Below the pieces are notes generated by a model. It was not told the DNA's origin. It did not search any database and worked only from the letters and a program-made list of their open reading frames with translations. Source: Flavobacteriales bacterium (GTDB lineage Bacteria; Bacteroidota; Bacteroidia; Flavobacteriales; JANQLC01). Taken from it: 64,000 nucleotides of DNA. The DNA is taken from positions 1,002 to 65,001 of the forward strand of contig JANQLC010000022.1 in NCBI GenBank assembly GCA_028280815.1, read 5' to 3'. The position numbers and the translations under genes are program-made. How positions within the stretch are numbered: position 1 is the stretch's first letter; each line of letters opens with the position of its first letter. Below are positions 22,945 through 33,388 of this stretch, in pieces.

Positions 22945-25074
22945 CTACTGTAGCGGCGGCACGGCACCATAGACGAGTCGTTGTCGTCTCGTGTCATAAT
23001 AGCTGTATTGTCCCCCTGCGATCAGTCGGATCAAATCGTCATTTACCCGCTCGATGCGGTCGAAGACAAAGGGAACGAGGGTTTTGCCCCGCGCATCCAA
23101 CACACCGTGGTAAGCGCCCTGTCGGCCGATGAATAAACCGTGGGAAGCCCGTTCCAAATGCTCGTATTGCAGAGGTGCTAAGAGGTGTCCCCCTTCAGCG
23201 ATCAAACCGAATTTACCGTTTTTGGCCACCACAGCGAGTTGTTTGTCAAAGGGTTTGGCCACATCGTAGATGTATGGAATGGCTTGGGTGGAATTCCTGC
23301 GCACATAGCCCCATTTGCCGTTTCGCTTGCAGGCCACCGGAAAGTTTTTCAAGCTGCCAATCGAATCGTATAGGCAGCTGAAAATGCGCTTGCCCCTTTT
23401 GTCGATCAAGCCGAATTTACCCCTGTACCGCACCTGGGCATAGCCGTTTTCAAAAGCGGCTCGTCGGGTGTAGCCGGGGTAAATCGAAAAGCGGGGCGCG
23501 ATACACACCTCAGCGTTTAAATCGGCGTAACCAAAGCGCCCACCATTTTCTATGATGATGCGGCCATCTCCTTCACCGCCGATAAAGTCGTATTGACCTT
23601 TGCTACAGGCCGCACCGCTGGCATCCAGGACGGTGTACCCCGCCGGCGTTTTGGCGATGTAATTTCCGTTGGAAAGCCTTTGTAAATCGAGGAATTCAGG
23701 TTTGATAACCCAATTCCCCGCCGTATCGATAACCCCCTTCTCATCGCCCACCCCAACGATGGCTGAGCCCTTAAAAAAAGGCTCGGCTGCTGTAAAGTTC
23801 TTCCCAAAGCCGTCCTTTCCCCGGCGGTTGAGGTAGGTAAAAATACCGTCTTTCTCCACGGAGATAAACCCTTCGTTTGCCCATTCGATAGCATCATATG
23901 AGACGGGGACTATCAAATTGCCCCTGTGATCCACCACGCCGAATCGCTGCCCTTTCTCCACGATGGCCAAGCCCGTGTGAAAGTCGCTTCCCTCATCATA
24001 GATGAGCGGCACGACGGTCCTGCCCTCGAAGTCGATATATCCCACATGAGTGGAGTCGGCTACCAGTGCCAAGCCTTCGCTAAAATCGTTCACAAAATCG
24101 TACTGAGGCGGTGTCACGATCCGACCATTCGCATTTACAAAACCTAATTTTCCGTCCCTGAGAAACGGGTAAGGCTGATTTTGAGTCAGATGCCGATAAC
24201 GGTTGGCAACGGCTTTGGATGCCTCAGGGTATTTCTTTAGAAATGCAGCATAGTCTCTTCCCGGCAGATTGATGTACTGGATCTCTTCCCAGGCGCGATT
24301 TACCGCTGGGCTATCGGGGTAATGCCGAATGAAATAGCGGTTCTGTCGCTCCGACCCCGTGGTGACGCATAAGTCGTAGATCGCATCCCAGGCCTGTGAC
24401 ACATGGGGGTTATTCGGAAAGGCCTTCACGAAATCCAAATACCCCTGTAGTGTGCCGTTTCCCACCTTGGATTGAAACACCCGATCCCGGTAGCGCTTTC
24501 TCGCTTCATCAGCTTGTGCTGCGCGTGGGTAAGCCCGGTAGAATGCCCGGTAGGCCTGATAGGAATCGGCCTGTTCCGCTATGGCAAAGGCCAAGCTGTC
24601 CCGAAGGCGCTTTGCATCGGGGATGCAATGTGATTTCGGGTAGGTTTGCAAGTAGTCCACTATGGCTTTCAAATCGTTTTTTTGCTTCGCTGCCGCATAG
24701 AAAGCCTCGTACAAATGATTTTCCTGCGCTGTGATCGTCACTAAGTTCACCCTGTATTCGGCTAAGGCTTCCTTTCGCTCATCCGAAAGCTTGGCGTAGC
24801 CCGCCTGTGCCAGCTCGATGAGTCGATAACTCTTCTTCAGATTGTAAAAAGGGTTGTCACGCCGACCGCAAATCAAGCTCAAACCATAGGAAGCGGCCAC
24901 CGGATTCCGTTCCAAAGACTTCTCGAAGAGTACCTTTGCCTTGAAGTAATCGTATCGCTGCAAGGCTTCAAAGGCGCGCTCGAGCCGGTTAAAGATACCG
25001 AATGAGCAGAACGAGAGCGAGACGAAAACCAAGCAGGTCCCACACTTTGAAAACTGTATTGACTTCGTGTTCAT
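22945..25074 (-). CDS. WG-repeat-containing exported protein with N-terminal helical YP repeats
   Basis: Many GK(F/W)G(F/Y)(I/V)D..G....P..YD....F..G.A repeats; N-terminal Y..F...YP.(S/A) units; signal-like N-terminus. Confidence 0.85.
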   Translation of the reverse strand: MNTKSIQFSKCGTCLVFVSLSFCSFGIFNRLERAFEALQRYDYFKAKVLFEKSLERNPVAASYGLSLICGRRDNPFYNLKKSYRLIELAQAGYAKLSDERKEALAEYRVNLVTITAQENHLYEAFYAAAKQKNDLKAIVDYLQTYPKSHCIPDAKRLRDSLAFAIAEQADSYQAYRAFYRAYPRAAQADEARKRYRDRVFQSKVGNGTLQGYLDFVKAFPNNPHVSQAWDAIYDLCVTTGSERQNRYFIRHYPDSPAVNRAWEEIQYINLPGRDYAAFLKKYPEASKAVANRYRHLTQNQPYPFLRDGKLGFVNANGRIVTPPQYDFVNDFSEGLALVADSTHVGYIDFEGRTVVPLIYDEGSDFHTGLAIVEKGQRFGVVDHRGNLIVPVSYDAIEWANEGFISVEKDGIFTYLNRRGKDGFGKNFTAAEPFFKGSAIVGVGDEKGVIDTAGNWVIKPEFLDLQRLSNGNYIAKTPAGYTVLDASGAACSKGQYDFIGGEGDGRIIIENGGRFGYADLNAEVCIAPRFSIYPGYTRRAAFENGYAQVRYRGKFGLIDKRGKRIFSCLYDSIGSLKNFPVACKRNGKWGYVRRNSTQAIPYIYDVAKPFDKQLAVVAKNGKFGLIAEGGHLLAPLQYEHLERASHGLFIGRQGAYHGVLDARGKTLVPFVFDRIERVNDDLIRLIAGGQYSYYDTRRQRLVYGAVPPLQ

Positions 25075-25168
25075 CGCCTATTTTGGGCTTAAAGTTAGGC
25101 GTTTTAATCCCAGCACAGTACTCTCAGTAAAAATGGCATTCACCCCTTATCTTTGCAAAACGCATACC

Positions 25169-25543
25169 ATGAAGCAGGCGGGATTGATTTTTCTGGGCGG
25201 TGGCATGGGCAGCGTGTTGCGCTACGCCGTTGCCCTGTGGTTAAATGGTCGCATCACCGCGTTTCCAGCGGCCACGCTCAGCGTCAATATACTCGGTGCA
25301 CTCCTCATGGGCTTGCTCCTGGGACATGCCACACAGCACCCTGAGTTTTACCGATCCAATGCGTATTTCGTATGGGCAACGGGCTTTTGTGGTGGCTTTA
25401 CCACTTTTTCCGCCTTCGTCATCGATCAGATCGATCTGTTGGGAAAGCGACCCATATCGCATTGGTTCACCTACGTAATCTTGAGTGTGGTCGTCGGCCT
25501 GCTGATGGGTTACTGGGGCTATAGGGGTACGGGTCAGCTTTAA
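25169..25543 (+). CDS. crcB: Fluoride channel CrcB/FluC
   Basis: GGGMGSVLRY, TLSVNILG, GFCGGFTTFSAF; TATCTTTG box at 25148-25155. Confidence 0.93.
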   Translation: MKQAGLIFLGGGMGSVLRYAVALWLNGRITAFPAATLSVNILGALLMGLLLGHATQHPEFYRSNAYFVWATGFCGGFTTFSAFVIDQIDLLGKRPISHWFTYVILSVVVGLLMGYWGYRGTGQL

Positions 25544-25918
25544 ACCGGGTTGGGATCGAGAAACCCATATTTATTTTTTCTCCTTCTCGGTGTCGACTTG
25601 CCAGATGGGATTTGCCTTCGTATCTCGGTAGCGGTTTGGAAAAGGGTCTTTTTTCGGTGTGGTATAGGCAGCGGGCAGGGTCTATTTTCTTCTTCTGTCG
25701 GTCGATCGTGAAAGTCGAAACCGTTTTTTGGCTCGCCCTGGGCAGCCTGAAAAGCGGTTCTTTTTCTTTGTACTACTTAAAAGGTTCAAGGCCTCGTTCC
25801 CACACTTTTCCCACTATAGATCACCCCATGCAGCAAGTCGTCTCGTCAAGATAAAAATCTTTGACCTATGTGCTCAGTAGTTCTATATGGTTTGTACAGG
25901 ACGTTCAGGGCTATTGTG

Positions 25919-26620
25919 TCAAATTATTCGGCTGCTGTTTTTATACAAACCAGGGATATTTCTCTCCTCTATTCTAAATCCCGTTCCGTGATTTCTCACC
26001 GTCCCCATTGGTTTGAGGTGCATTCTAACATCAATGGCTATCAAGCCCCTTTCAAAAGCATCCAAAAAACGATTGGGCTCTGGTTTGTCCAATAGATACG
26101 CTTCGTTGAAGTGAAATTCCTCCCTTTTAGACTTTTCGCTGATCCGCGCATCCGCAAAGACCACCATTAGTCTTTCGAGCTTTGTCAAAAACTTTCCAAC
26201 TATTGTAAAGATACTCCAAGTGCCTAGAACTACATCGTTACGACAAAGGTGTACTTTATGGGCACTTCTATCCATTTTTACTCGCAAATTTTGCGAATTG
26301 GCATGGCGATGAAAAACGGTAGTATAGAGCGATTGCCCTCCCTTGTCATCGACATATCCATAAGCCCTGATAATTTCCCCTTGCGGAACCTGCCACACCG
26401 AACGGTTAAAAGTAAACAGCGTAACCATAGAGCCCGATTGCTTGCGACTGGCTTTCAACTCAACCCTTCCACCCAAGTCGGGAACAGCGAGGTTTGTCTC
26501 ATCGAGTTGTAATTCCCGCTCCAATGTATGTCCTATCCCAGTAGGTCCATTTCTGTACGTCCCTACAAACCCACGATGCTGTAGGTCCTGCAACTTGCTC
26601 TGTATTTCTCTTAGCGTCAT
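25919..26620 (-). CDS. MvaI/BcnI-family restriction endonuclease
   Basis: GIGHTLERELQLDETN...PDL...ELKA, TLFT, RNHGTGFRI motifs of the MvaI/BcnI family. Confidence 0.88.
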   Translation of the reverse strand: MTLREIQSKLQDLQHRGFVGTYRNGPTGIGHTLERELQLDETNLAVPDLGGRVELKASRKQSGSMVTLFTFNRSVWQVPQGEIIRAYGYVDDKGGQSLYTTVFHRHANSQNLRVKMDRSAHKVHLCRNDVVLGTWSIFTIVGKFLTKLERLMVVFADARISEKSKREEFHFNEAYLLDKPEPNRFLDAFERGLIAIDVRMHLKPMGTVRNHGTGFRIEERNIPGLYKNSSRII

Positions 26621-27865
26621 CTATTGCTTTTGCATGACCACGATGTATTCCCGTTTCATCGTAGCGGATTTCTCACCCCTTACATTAGTAGGCGAGTTTC
26701 TATCGGGCATCCGCTTATTGGGAATATTTCTAACGGTGGTTTCCGCGTGATTAAACCCGTTGGCTTTAAAAAAATCCGCGGTTATCTCATCCATGGGAAT
26801 TTGAATTCCCTTTACAGTTCTATTACCAATCACATAGCAAGCATATTTTTTCTTTTTTAGTTTAGTAGATATATGATTTATCGATTTTTGATAATCGGCG
26901 AAAAAAGACAGTACTTCGCGCGCTCGGTTCTCATCTCGGTCAGCTATTTTTTCTATGGTTTCGGAAAGTATTTTTGAACCTTTAATTTCAATATCCACCT
27001 GCTTTTTCCCACCCATTAGTTTGTCGTCAACCTGAGATTCAACTCCCATCCACTGATTGGATAATCGAGAATATTGACCATAAGCAACCGTCGTTCTCGA
27101 ATCTCCGTATGGTGGAGAAGTCAAAACGACATCGATACTCTCATTGACCAAGCAGTTGTCGGGAATTGGGCTAACGGTATTGAAGTGCTTTATCTCAGCC
27201 GTAGCGCCATTCGATTTCACCGCAGCAAAATCCAGTAACCCACGCCTGTTCCGGCTCAGCTTTGAAAAAATTATATCGAAGCTATCCGGGTTAAATTTTT
27301 CTCTTTTCTCCGGTGGCATTCTAACCAACTTAAACTCGCCTTTTTTGGTTAGAGAAGATTCTCTAACCGTCTCCGAGAAGGCGGTTAAGAAAAAGTTTTT
27401 TATTCCTTCATCGGTTATTTCACCTATAAATGATTTGATGAGGGCTAGTTTGGTTTGAGTTGATCTATGAAACCAAAAATCGATATTTTTAAACTGTGGC
27501 AATAACACAGCATATTTTCGTTTCTCTGCGTCAAAACGAAATTGAGATGAAGTAAAATCGCTAAAATCTCTCAGATAAATATCGAGTAATTGCAAATCTA
27601 AACGGGTGGTTTTGGTTTGAGCGATTAACCTAGCCAGTGGATTTAAGTCCGTTCCGATGGCATGGATATCTTTTATATTCGCTTCTACAAGTGAAGTTCC
27701 TGTACCGCAATAGGGGTCAAACAATATTCTGGATTTTTTAGCATATTTTGTCAGCAGCCTCTCGGCAACTTGGGGTATCATCATAGCGGGGTAGCTGTGA
27801 AAGCAGTGGGTAGTCCGTTTGGTATTTGCGCTCCTAAAATCCCAAGAAGTGTCTAAGTGCTTCAT
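26621..27865 (-). CDS. N4-cytosine DNA methyltransferase (M.MvaI-like)
   Basis: HSYPAMMIPQ, FDPYCGTGT (SAM motif I) before TSPPYGDSRTTVAYGQ (motif IV), IPNKRMP..NSPTN; closely follows M.MvaI as I recall it. Confidence 0.9.
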   Translation of the reverse strand: MKHLDTSWDFRSANTKRTTHCFHSYPAMMIPQVAERLLTKYAKKSRILFDPYCGTGTSLVEANIKDIHAIGTDLNPLARLIAQTKTTRLDLQLLDIYLRDFSDFTSSQFRFDAEKRKYAVLLPQFKNIDFWFHRSTQTKLALIKSFIGEITDEGIKNFFLTAFSETVRESSLTKKGEFKLVRMPPEKREKFNPDSFDIIFSKLSRNRRGLLDFAAVKSNGATAEIKHFNTVSPIPDNCLVNESIDVVLTSPPYGDSRTTVAYGQYSRLSNQWMGVESQVDDKLMGGKKQVDIEIKGSKILSETIEKIADRDENRAREVLSFFADYQKSINHISTKLKKKKYACYVIGNRTVKGIQIPMDEITADFFKANGFNHAETTVRNIPNKRMPDRNSPTNVRGEKSATMKREYIVVMQKQ

Positions 27866-27952
27866 TTTCAAAGCATACAAATACTGCACCGCTATGCGAA
27901 GATACATGTTTATCGGATATCGCTGTACATGCGACAACATGAGCAAAATTAC

Positions 27953-28930
27953 TCAGCTGTGATCACCACCTGATCTTCGCCCTGTAGATGACAAGGGTTT
28001 TTCCAGGGGGCTGATCACTTGGGCGTCTTCCAAGAAGATCAGTGTTTTGATGACGTGATCAATCGTCTCAGCCAAGGCTTCAATCGCATGCAGTTTGAGC
28101 TCAGCCTCGCTGTACAGCACGCTTACTTCACGCGAGGGGACAGGTGCGGCAAAGTCTTTCAGATGTGGCTTCTCCGCACCGCTCAGCTCAGAGGCCGTTA
28201 AATAGGGTAAGAGGGTCATGCCAAAGCCTTGGTTAGAGAGGCGAATCATGGTTTCAAAGCTGCCGCTGTCGATATGGGTTCTCTGGTTTGCTGTGGGCGG
28301 GGAATCGCATAGGTTAACCACATTGTTTCTAAAGCAGTGCCCACTCTTTAGCAACAGTATGTCTCTAATGTTTAAATCCTTCACGCTAAGCCGTTTTTTA
28401 CCCGCTAGCCGATGGTTTTCCGGAACGTAACCCACAAAGGGCTCGACGTAGAGGGGCCTTTCGATAAGACCGGGCTGATTCAGCGGTGTAGCGGCGATGC
28501 CGGCATCGATTTGCCCGTCGTTTAGGCTTTGGATCAAAGCCTCGGTTTGCATTTCTCTGATGTGCAAATTGACTTGGGTGTATTTTTTTAGAAAAGGCTT
28601 CAAGAACAGCGGAAGCAAGGCGGGTGCTATGGTAGGGATAATCCCCAGCGTAAAATCACCGCCGATACGGCCTTTTTCCCGCTCGACTAAATCCCGTATG
28701 CGAGCGGATTCATTCAGGATGATACGAGCCTGCGTTAGGATTTGAGTTCCGATTTTCGTAGGGACGATGGGGTTCTTACTCCGATCGAATAGGCGTATGC
28801 CCAATTCATCCTCGAGCTTTTGTACCTGCATGCTCAGGGTGGGCTGTGTGACAAAGACTTTTTTAGCGGCCAAGGTGAAATTACCGTATTTTGCCACAGT
28901 CAAAGCATAGTGTAGTTGTATTAAGGTCAT
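27953..28930 (-). CDS. oxyR: Peroxide-sensing LysR regulator OxyR
   Basis: LysR HTH (VTQPTLSMQVQKLE); GHCFRNNVVNLC with the two redox cysteines. Confidence 0.9.
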   Translation of the reverse strand: MTLIQLHYALTVAKYGNFTLAAKKVFVTQPTLSMQVQKLEDELGIRLFDRSKNPIVPTKIGTQILTQARIILNESARIRDLVEREKGRIGGDFTLGIIPTIAPALLPLFLKPFLKKYTQVNLHIREMQTEALIQSLNDGQIDAGIAATPLNQPGLIERPLYVEPFVGYVPENHRLAGKKRLSVKDLNIRDILLLKSGHCFRNNVVNLCDSPPTANQRTHIDSGSFETMIRLSNQGFGMTLLPYLTASELSGAEKPHLKDFAAPVPSREVSVLYSEAELKLHAIEALAETIDHVIKTLIFLEDAQVISPLEKPLSSTGRRSGGDHS

Positions 28931-29293
28931 CCGTGAGGCCGTATTCGGACGGGCTGGCTTTGTGCAAACATAGGTAAAAAAGGCGATTTGCGCCCTGTAT
29001 GGCAACCCCAGCTATATCCTGAGGTGGCCCAAGGCAGCGGTAATACATTTCACAGGGCATAAGGTAAAAAATAGGCTGTGCGAGGGGTTGGCGTTCAAAG
29101 TTTAAAAATCGATGCGATTTCCGACATTTGCAACTCGAAACGCACGGCTGCGGTTTTTGTGAATGCCAAGTGCACCAGCGATAAAATTACGCGACGATCG
29201 ATTTCTAATACGGTGCACGGCCAAAGGCGATCCGAGCGCTCATGCGGGCCAATCCAGCGCTCTCGTGGGGGGTAGCACCGAAGATCATCGGAG

Positions 29294-30085
29294 ATGAGAA
29301 AGCGGTATAAGCGATATGGGTTTAATGCAGATATCTTCGGTAACCTACTGTGGATTAAACGCTTGGTGATCTTTGTGTTCGGCTCCTTTACCTACAACCG
29401 GTATAATGGCTTTAACCAGTTGAAAATAAGTGGAACGGAGCATCTGATCGACTTGCCAGATACCCATGTATTGATCGTTTCCAACCACCAGACCTACTTT
29501 GCCGACGTCTTTGCGATGTATCACGTGTTTTGCAGTGTGAAAAACGGTTTCATCAATACCATCAAAAACCCGATTTATCTTTTGAATCCAAAGCTGAACC
29601 TGTATTACGTAGCGGCTGAGGAAACCATGAATAAGGGTTTGTTGCCCAAGATGTTTAAGTACACCGGTGCGATCACCGTCAAGCGCTCCTGGCGCAGTGC
29701 CGGCAGAGAAGTACAACGCATCATCGACCGGAAGGATCCAGAAAACATCGAAAAAGCGCTGGGCGATGGTTGGGTGATCACTTTTCCACAAGGAACGACC
29801 CAGGCTTTTATGCCGGGGCGGATGGGTACAGCCCATATCATCAAGCGCAACAAACCCATTGTGGTGCCCGTGGTCATCGACGGGTTTAGAAGGGCCTATG
29901 GCAAGACTGGAATCGTGCTGAAGAAGAAGGGTGTGGTCCAAACTATGCGCTTTAAAAAGCCACTGGATATAGACTGGGAGAACGAAAGCATACGCGACAT
30001 TTTAGACAAGGTGATGGATGCCATAGAACAGTCTCCCCATTTCTTAAAGGTGAAGCCAAATGAAGGCGGAAAAAGTCAGGTGTAA
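29294..30085 (+). CDS. Lysophospholipid acyltransferase (PlsC-like)
   Basis: SNHQTYFAD (HX4D) and TFPQGT motifs. Confidence 0.9.
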   Translation: MRKRYKRYGFNADIFGNLLWIKRLVIFVFGSFTYNRYNGFNQLKISGTEHLIDLPDTHVLIVSNHQTYFADVFAMYHVFCSVKNGFINTIKNPIYLLNPKLNLYYVAAEETMNKGLLPKMFKYTGAITVKRSWRSAGREVQRIIDRKDPENIEKALGDGWVITFPQGTTQAFMPGRMGTAHIIKRNKPIVVPVVIDGFRRAYGKTGIVLKKKGVVQTMRFKKPLDIDWENESIRDILDKVMDAIEQSPHFLKVKPNEGGKSQV

Positions 30086-30253
30086 CAGTTAATAGCTGTG
30101 GGGTTCTCCACCCGGTGGACACGCCTGTAAAGGTGCTGACAACGCTTTGTACACGCCTTCCCAAACGGGCCTTCTACAGTGATGTGCACCGCAAATAGGA
30201 GGGTTGGAATCCGTTTCAACCCTTTTTGATCTCCGGGGGAACTCGCCAAATCG

Positions 30254-31081
30254 CTAGGTCGCAGTTGAGCTAGGCATTTCCGAATCGAAGGGCGCGCTGC
30301 CATCGCTTTTGATCCCCAGTGCATGGCGTACATAGGTAAAGCTGGACAAAATTTCGGGTTTTCCATTTACGATGGCCACATCGTGCTCAAAGTGGGCCGA
30401 CGCTTTTCCATCCGAGGTTTTGATCGTCCAGCCGTCCTCGGACCGCTCTACTTTTTCTGTACCCGAGTTAACCATGGGCTCTATGGCGGCTACCAGGCCT
30501 TCCCGGAGTTTTTTCCCACGGCCGCATTTTCCATAATTAGGCAGTTGTGGGTCTTCGTGCATTTTTCTGCCTAGGCCGTGTCCTACCAATTCGCGTACCA
30601 CACTGTAGCCATGGTCTTCTGCGTGCTTTTGAATGGCATGACCCACATCTCCTGTGCGGTTGCCGGCTCGAAAAGCTGCAATGCCTTTGTACAGACATTC
30701 TCGCGTTACCTGTAACAAGTGCCTTAGGGCCGGGGCCACTTCGCCCACTTCAAACGTATAGGCCTGGTCACCGCAAAAGCCGTCTTTGCGCACACCGCAA
30801 TCCACCGATAGGATATCGCCTTCGGCCAAGGGCTCAGCGTTGGGGATGCCGTGTACCACGCCTCCGTTGGGCGAGGTGCAAAGCGTGTTGGGAAAGCCGT
30901 ATAGACCCAAAAATCCCGGCTCGGCGCCGTGGTCGTGGATAAAGGCTTCAGCCAGTTTATCGAGATGGCTCGTGGTCACCCCAGGCTTGATCTCCGAAGC
31001 GAGCATGCCCAGGGTTTTGGAAACGATAAGGGCGCTCTCTCGAATGCGTTCTATCTCGGCTGCTGTCTTGTAGTAAATCAT
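30254..31081 (-). CDS. map: Methionine aminopeptidase type I
   Basis: VVHGIP, SVDCG, GHGLG..MHEDP, AIEPM, SAHFEH. Confidence 0.96.
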   Translation of the reverse strand: MIYYKTAAEIERIRESALIVSKTLGMLASEIKPGVTTSHLDKLAEAFIHDHGAEPGFLGLYGFPNTLCTSPNGGVVHGIPNAEPLAEGDILSVDCGVRKDGFCGDQAYTFEVGEVAPALRHLLQVTRECLYKGIAAFRAGNRTGDVGHAIQKHAEDHGYSVVRELVGHGLGRKMHEDPQLPNYGKCGRGKKLREGLVAAIEPMVNSGTEKVERSEDGWTIKTSDGKASAHFEHDVAIVNGKPEILSSFTYVRHALGIKSDGSAPFDSEMPSSTAT

Positions 31082-31089
31082 AGAGGTCG

Positions 31090-31400
31090 CTTAGCATAAA
31101 CCACCCAAGCGCCTTTTTCATCCCCGTAGAGAAGCCTCGGTAAGGACTCGACAAGCCTAGCGCCAGCCTGGGAAATCGCCTGGTTTTCTACCGTCGGTAA
31201 AGACATGCGCATTCCAGCTCTTTTCCACCTCATTCAGCATGTGGGCTCTACAGCTGAATTTACCCCATACCGTGCGAACCCATTTCCCCTGCAAAAGTTG
31301 GAATCAGCTCGCTCCCTCCTTCCTCAAAAGCAAAGCACACCCTGGTCAATGTTCGGATATACCCCTTTTACACAAAGGTTCATCAACCCACTGCAACGCC
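31090..31400 (-). pseudogene. Decayed remnant of BT0820-family HAD phosphatase
   Basis: NAHVFTDGRKPGDFPGW (31163-31213) resembles family motif NAD.FIDDRNLGGFPGW; lies between gpmI and map, the usual slot. Confidence 0.55.
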
Positions 31401-31401
31401 C

Positions 31402-32934
31402 TCATGTAGGGGTTATGAGGTTTTTACCCGTCATCTCTCGCGGTATGGGTATGCCCATCAAGTGCAGCAGGCTCGGTGCTACGTCGCTCAGACTGCCATC
31501 CTCAATCTTTAGATCGCTGTCAGCTGTGATGAGAAAGCAGGGCACCAGCGCGGTGGTATGCGCCGTGTTGGGCGTGCCGTCCGCGTTAACCATGCGCTCA
31601 GCATTTCCGTGATCGGCGAGGATGATTGTCGCATAGCGGTTTCTCACGGCGGCTTCCACCACGGCTTCAGCGCAGCTGTCAACGGTTTCACAGGCTTTTA
31701 CAGCCGCTTGAAAGTCACCGGTATGTCCGACCATATCGGGATTGGCAAAATTCAAACAGATGAAATCGACCGGCTGTTCGTCCATTTCTGCAATGGCTCT
31801 ATCCCTCACCTCATAAGCGCTCATTTCGGGTTGCAAGTCGTAGGTGGCCACCTTGGGTGAGTGCACCAAAATCCGCTTTTCCCCTCGAAACGCTTCCTCG
31901 CGGCCACCGCTAAAAAAGAAGGTCACATGGGGGTATTTTTCGGTCTCAGCTATGCGAAGCTGGGTTTTGTTCAGCGCTGCGAGCACTTCACCGAGGGTAT
32001 GGCTAAGGTTTTCGTCTTCAAACAAGACCCCGACCCCCACAAAGGTGTCGTCATAGCGAGTCAGGGTGTTGTAATCCAGGTCCAGTTTGTTCATATCATG
32101 CTCGGGAAAATCCAGCTGGGTAAGGGCTTCGGTAATCTGTCTCGCGCGGTCGGTCCGAAAGTTGTAGCAAATCACCACATCGCCCGTTTCGATCACGGCT
32201 TTGGGCTCGCCGGATTCGTCGGTTATCGCCACAGGCTTGATAAATTCGTCCGTAATCCCTTCCGCATAGGATGCTCGCACGGCAGCCTCGGCATCGGGAC
32301 ACCGCTTTCCGCTGCCTCGGGTCAGTAAGTCGTAGGCGAGTTTGACGCGTGCCCAGCGGTGATCGCGATCCATCGCATAATAACGACCGATCACAGAGGC
32401 CAGTGTACCCACGTGTTGTTTCGTGTAGCTTTGAATATCCTTTACAAAGGAGAGCCCACTCTTGGGATCGGTATCGCGTCCGTCGGTAAAAGCGTGTACA
32501 AAGACCTTTGTCAAGCCGCAATCTGCTGCTACGCGCAACAGCGCTTTTAAGTGGTCGATATGGGAATGCACACCCCCATCTGACAGCAAGCCGATGAAAT
32601 GTACGCTTTTGTCCTTTTTCCTAGCCTTTCTCAAGACTTGTTTGAGGATGGGGTTGTCTTTCAATGAGCCGTTTTCAATCGCGTTGTTGATTCGAACCAG
32701 ATTTTGATGGACTCGGCGCCCAGCGCCTAGGTTCATATGCCCCACCTCTGAATTGCCCATCTGCCCCTCAGGCAGGCCTACCGCTAGGCCGCTCGCCTTC
32801 AATTTTGAATGGGGATAATTGTGGAAGCAGCTGTCTATAAATGGGGTGCGCGCCTGTGCCGGTGCGGAAACCCGCGGGCTGTCGGTAACGCCCCAGCCAT
32901 CTAAAATCAGTAATAAGACTCGCCTTTTGGTCAT
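31402..32934 (-). CDS. gpmI: 2,3-bisphosphoglycerate-independent phosphoglycerate mutase
   Basis: ILDGWG, GQMGNSEVGH, GRYYAMDRD, AETEKYPHVT, DMVGHTG, ADHGN. Confidence 0.97.
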   Translation of the reverse strand: MTKRRVLLLILDGWGVTDSPRVSAPAQARTPFIDSCFHNYPHSKLKASGLAVGLPEGQMGNSEVGHMNLGAGRRVHQNLVRINNAIENGSLKDNPILKQVLRKARKKDKSVHFIGLLSDGGVHSHIDHLKALLRVAADCGLTKVFVHAFTDGRDTDPKSGLSFVKDIQSYTKQHVGTLASVIGRYYAMDRDHRWARVKLAYDLLTRGSGKRCPDAEAAVRASYAEGITDEFIKPVAITDESGEPKAVIETGDVVICYNFRTDRARQITEALTQLDFPEHDMNKLDLDYNTLTRYDDTFVGVGVLFEDENLSHTLGEVLAALNKTQLRIAETEKYPHVTFFFSGGREEAFRGEKRILVHSPKVATYDLQPEMSAYEVRDRAIAEMDEQPVDFICLNFANPDMVGHTGDFQAAVKACETVDSCAEAVVEAAVRNRYATIILADHGNAERMVNADGTPNTAHTTALVPCFLITADSDLKIEDGSLSDVAPSLLHLMGIPIPREMTGKNLITPT

Positions 32935-33388
32935 CGTGACTATTTCTTCTCAAGGGATCGAAGTGGCAAATTTACGATTCTCGGGCTTTACGCCCCGATG
33001 TTTTGCGGCTTAAAAAGCTTTGCTTGGTGCTTTTACCGGGTTTCATACATCGCTTTATCCGTCATAGGTTGCGTGCCATTCAGATTCTGCCGTCCGGTTT
33101 TCCAAGTGGTTTTTACGGTGTCTCAGCTCGTAGATGCTCGTTTGGATTTGATTCGCCGCTCCTCTACTGCGGTCGGCATTTTTATAAGTCGAACCCCATT
33201 CTAATTTTTGAAGAAACTGCGCTTTTGTCCGCATTTGAGATACCGCGCATTTTGAAAGGCGTAAGACCAACCTATGGAAGTGAGGGGATACAGAGATCAG
33301 CCCGGCTTCCCAGGGAATTTTACCCCTTACGCCAGCTCTCACAGGCAACTCATTCCCTTAGAAAAAACAAATACCCTACATTTGCTAT

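Noticed and set aside
30086-30253. Remnant of the SAM-methyltransferase gene that often follows map
   Set aside because: Similarity too weak to support by eye
33003-33388. ORFs 33003-33425 (+) and 33055-33348 (-) between gpmI and the membrane protein gene
   Set aside because: No recognisable family or start context; possibly decayed DNA but unassignable
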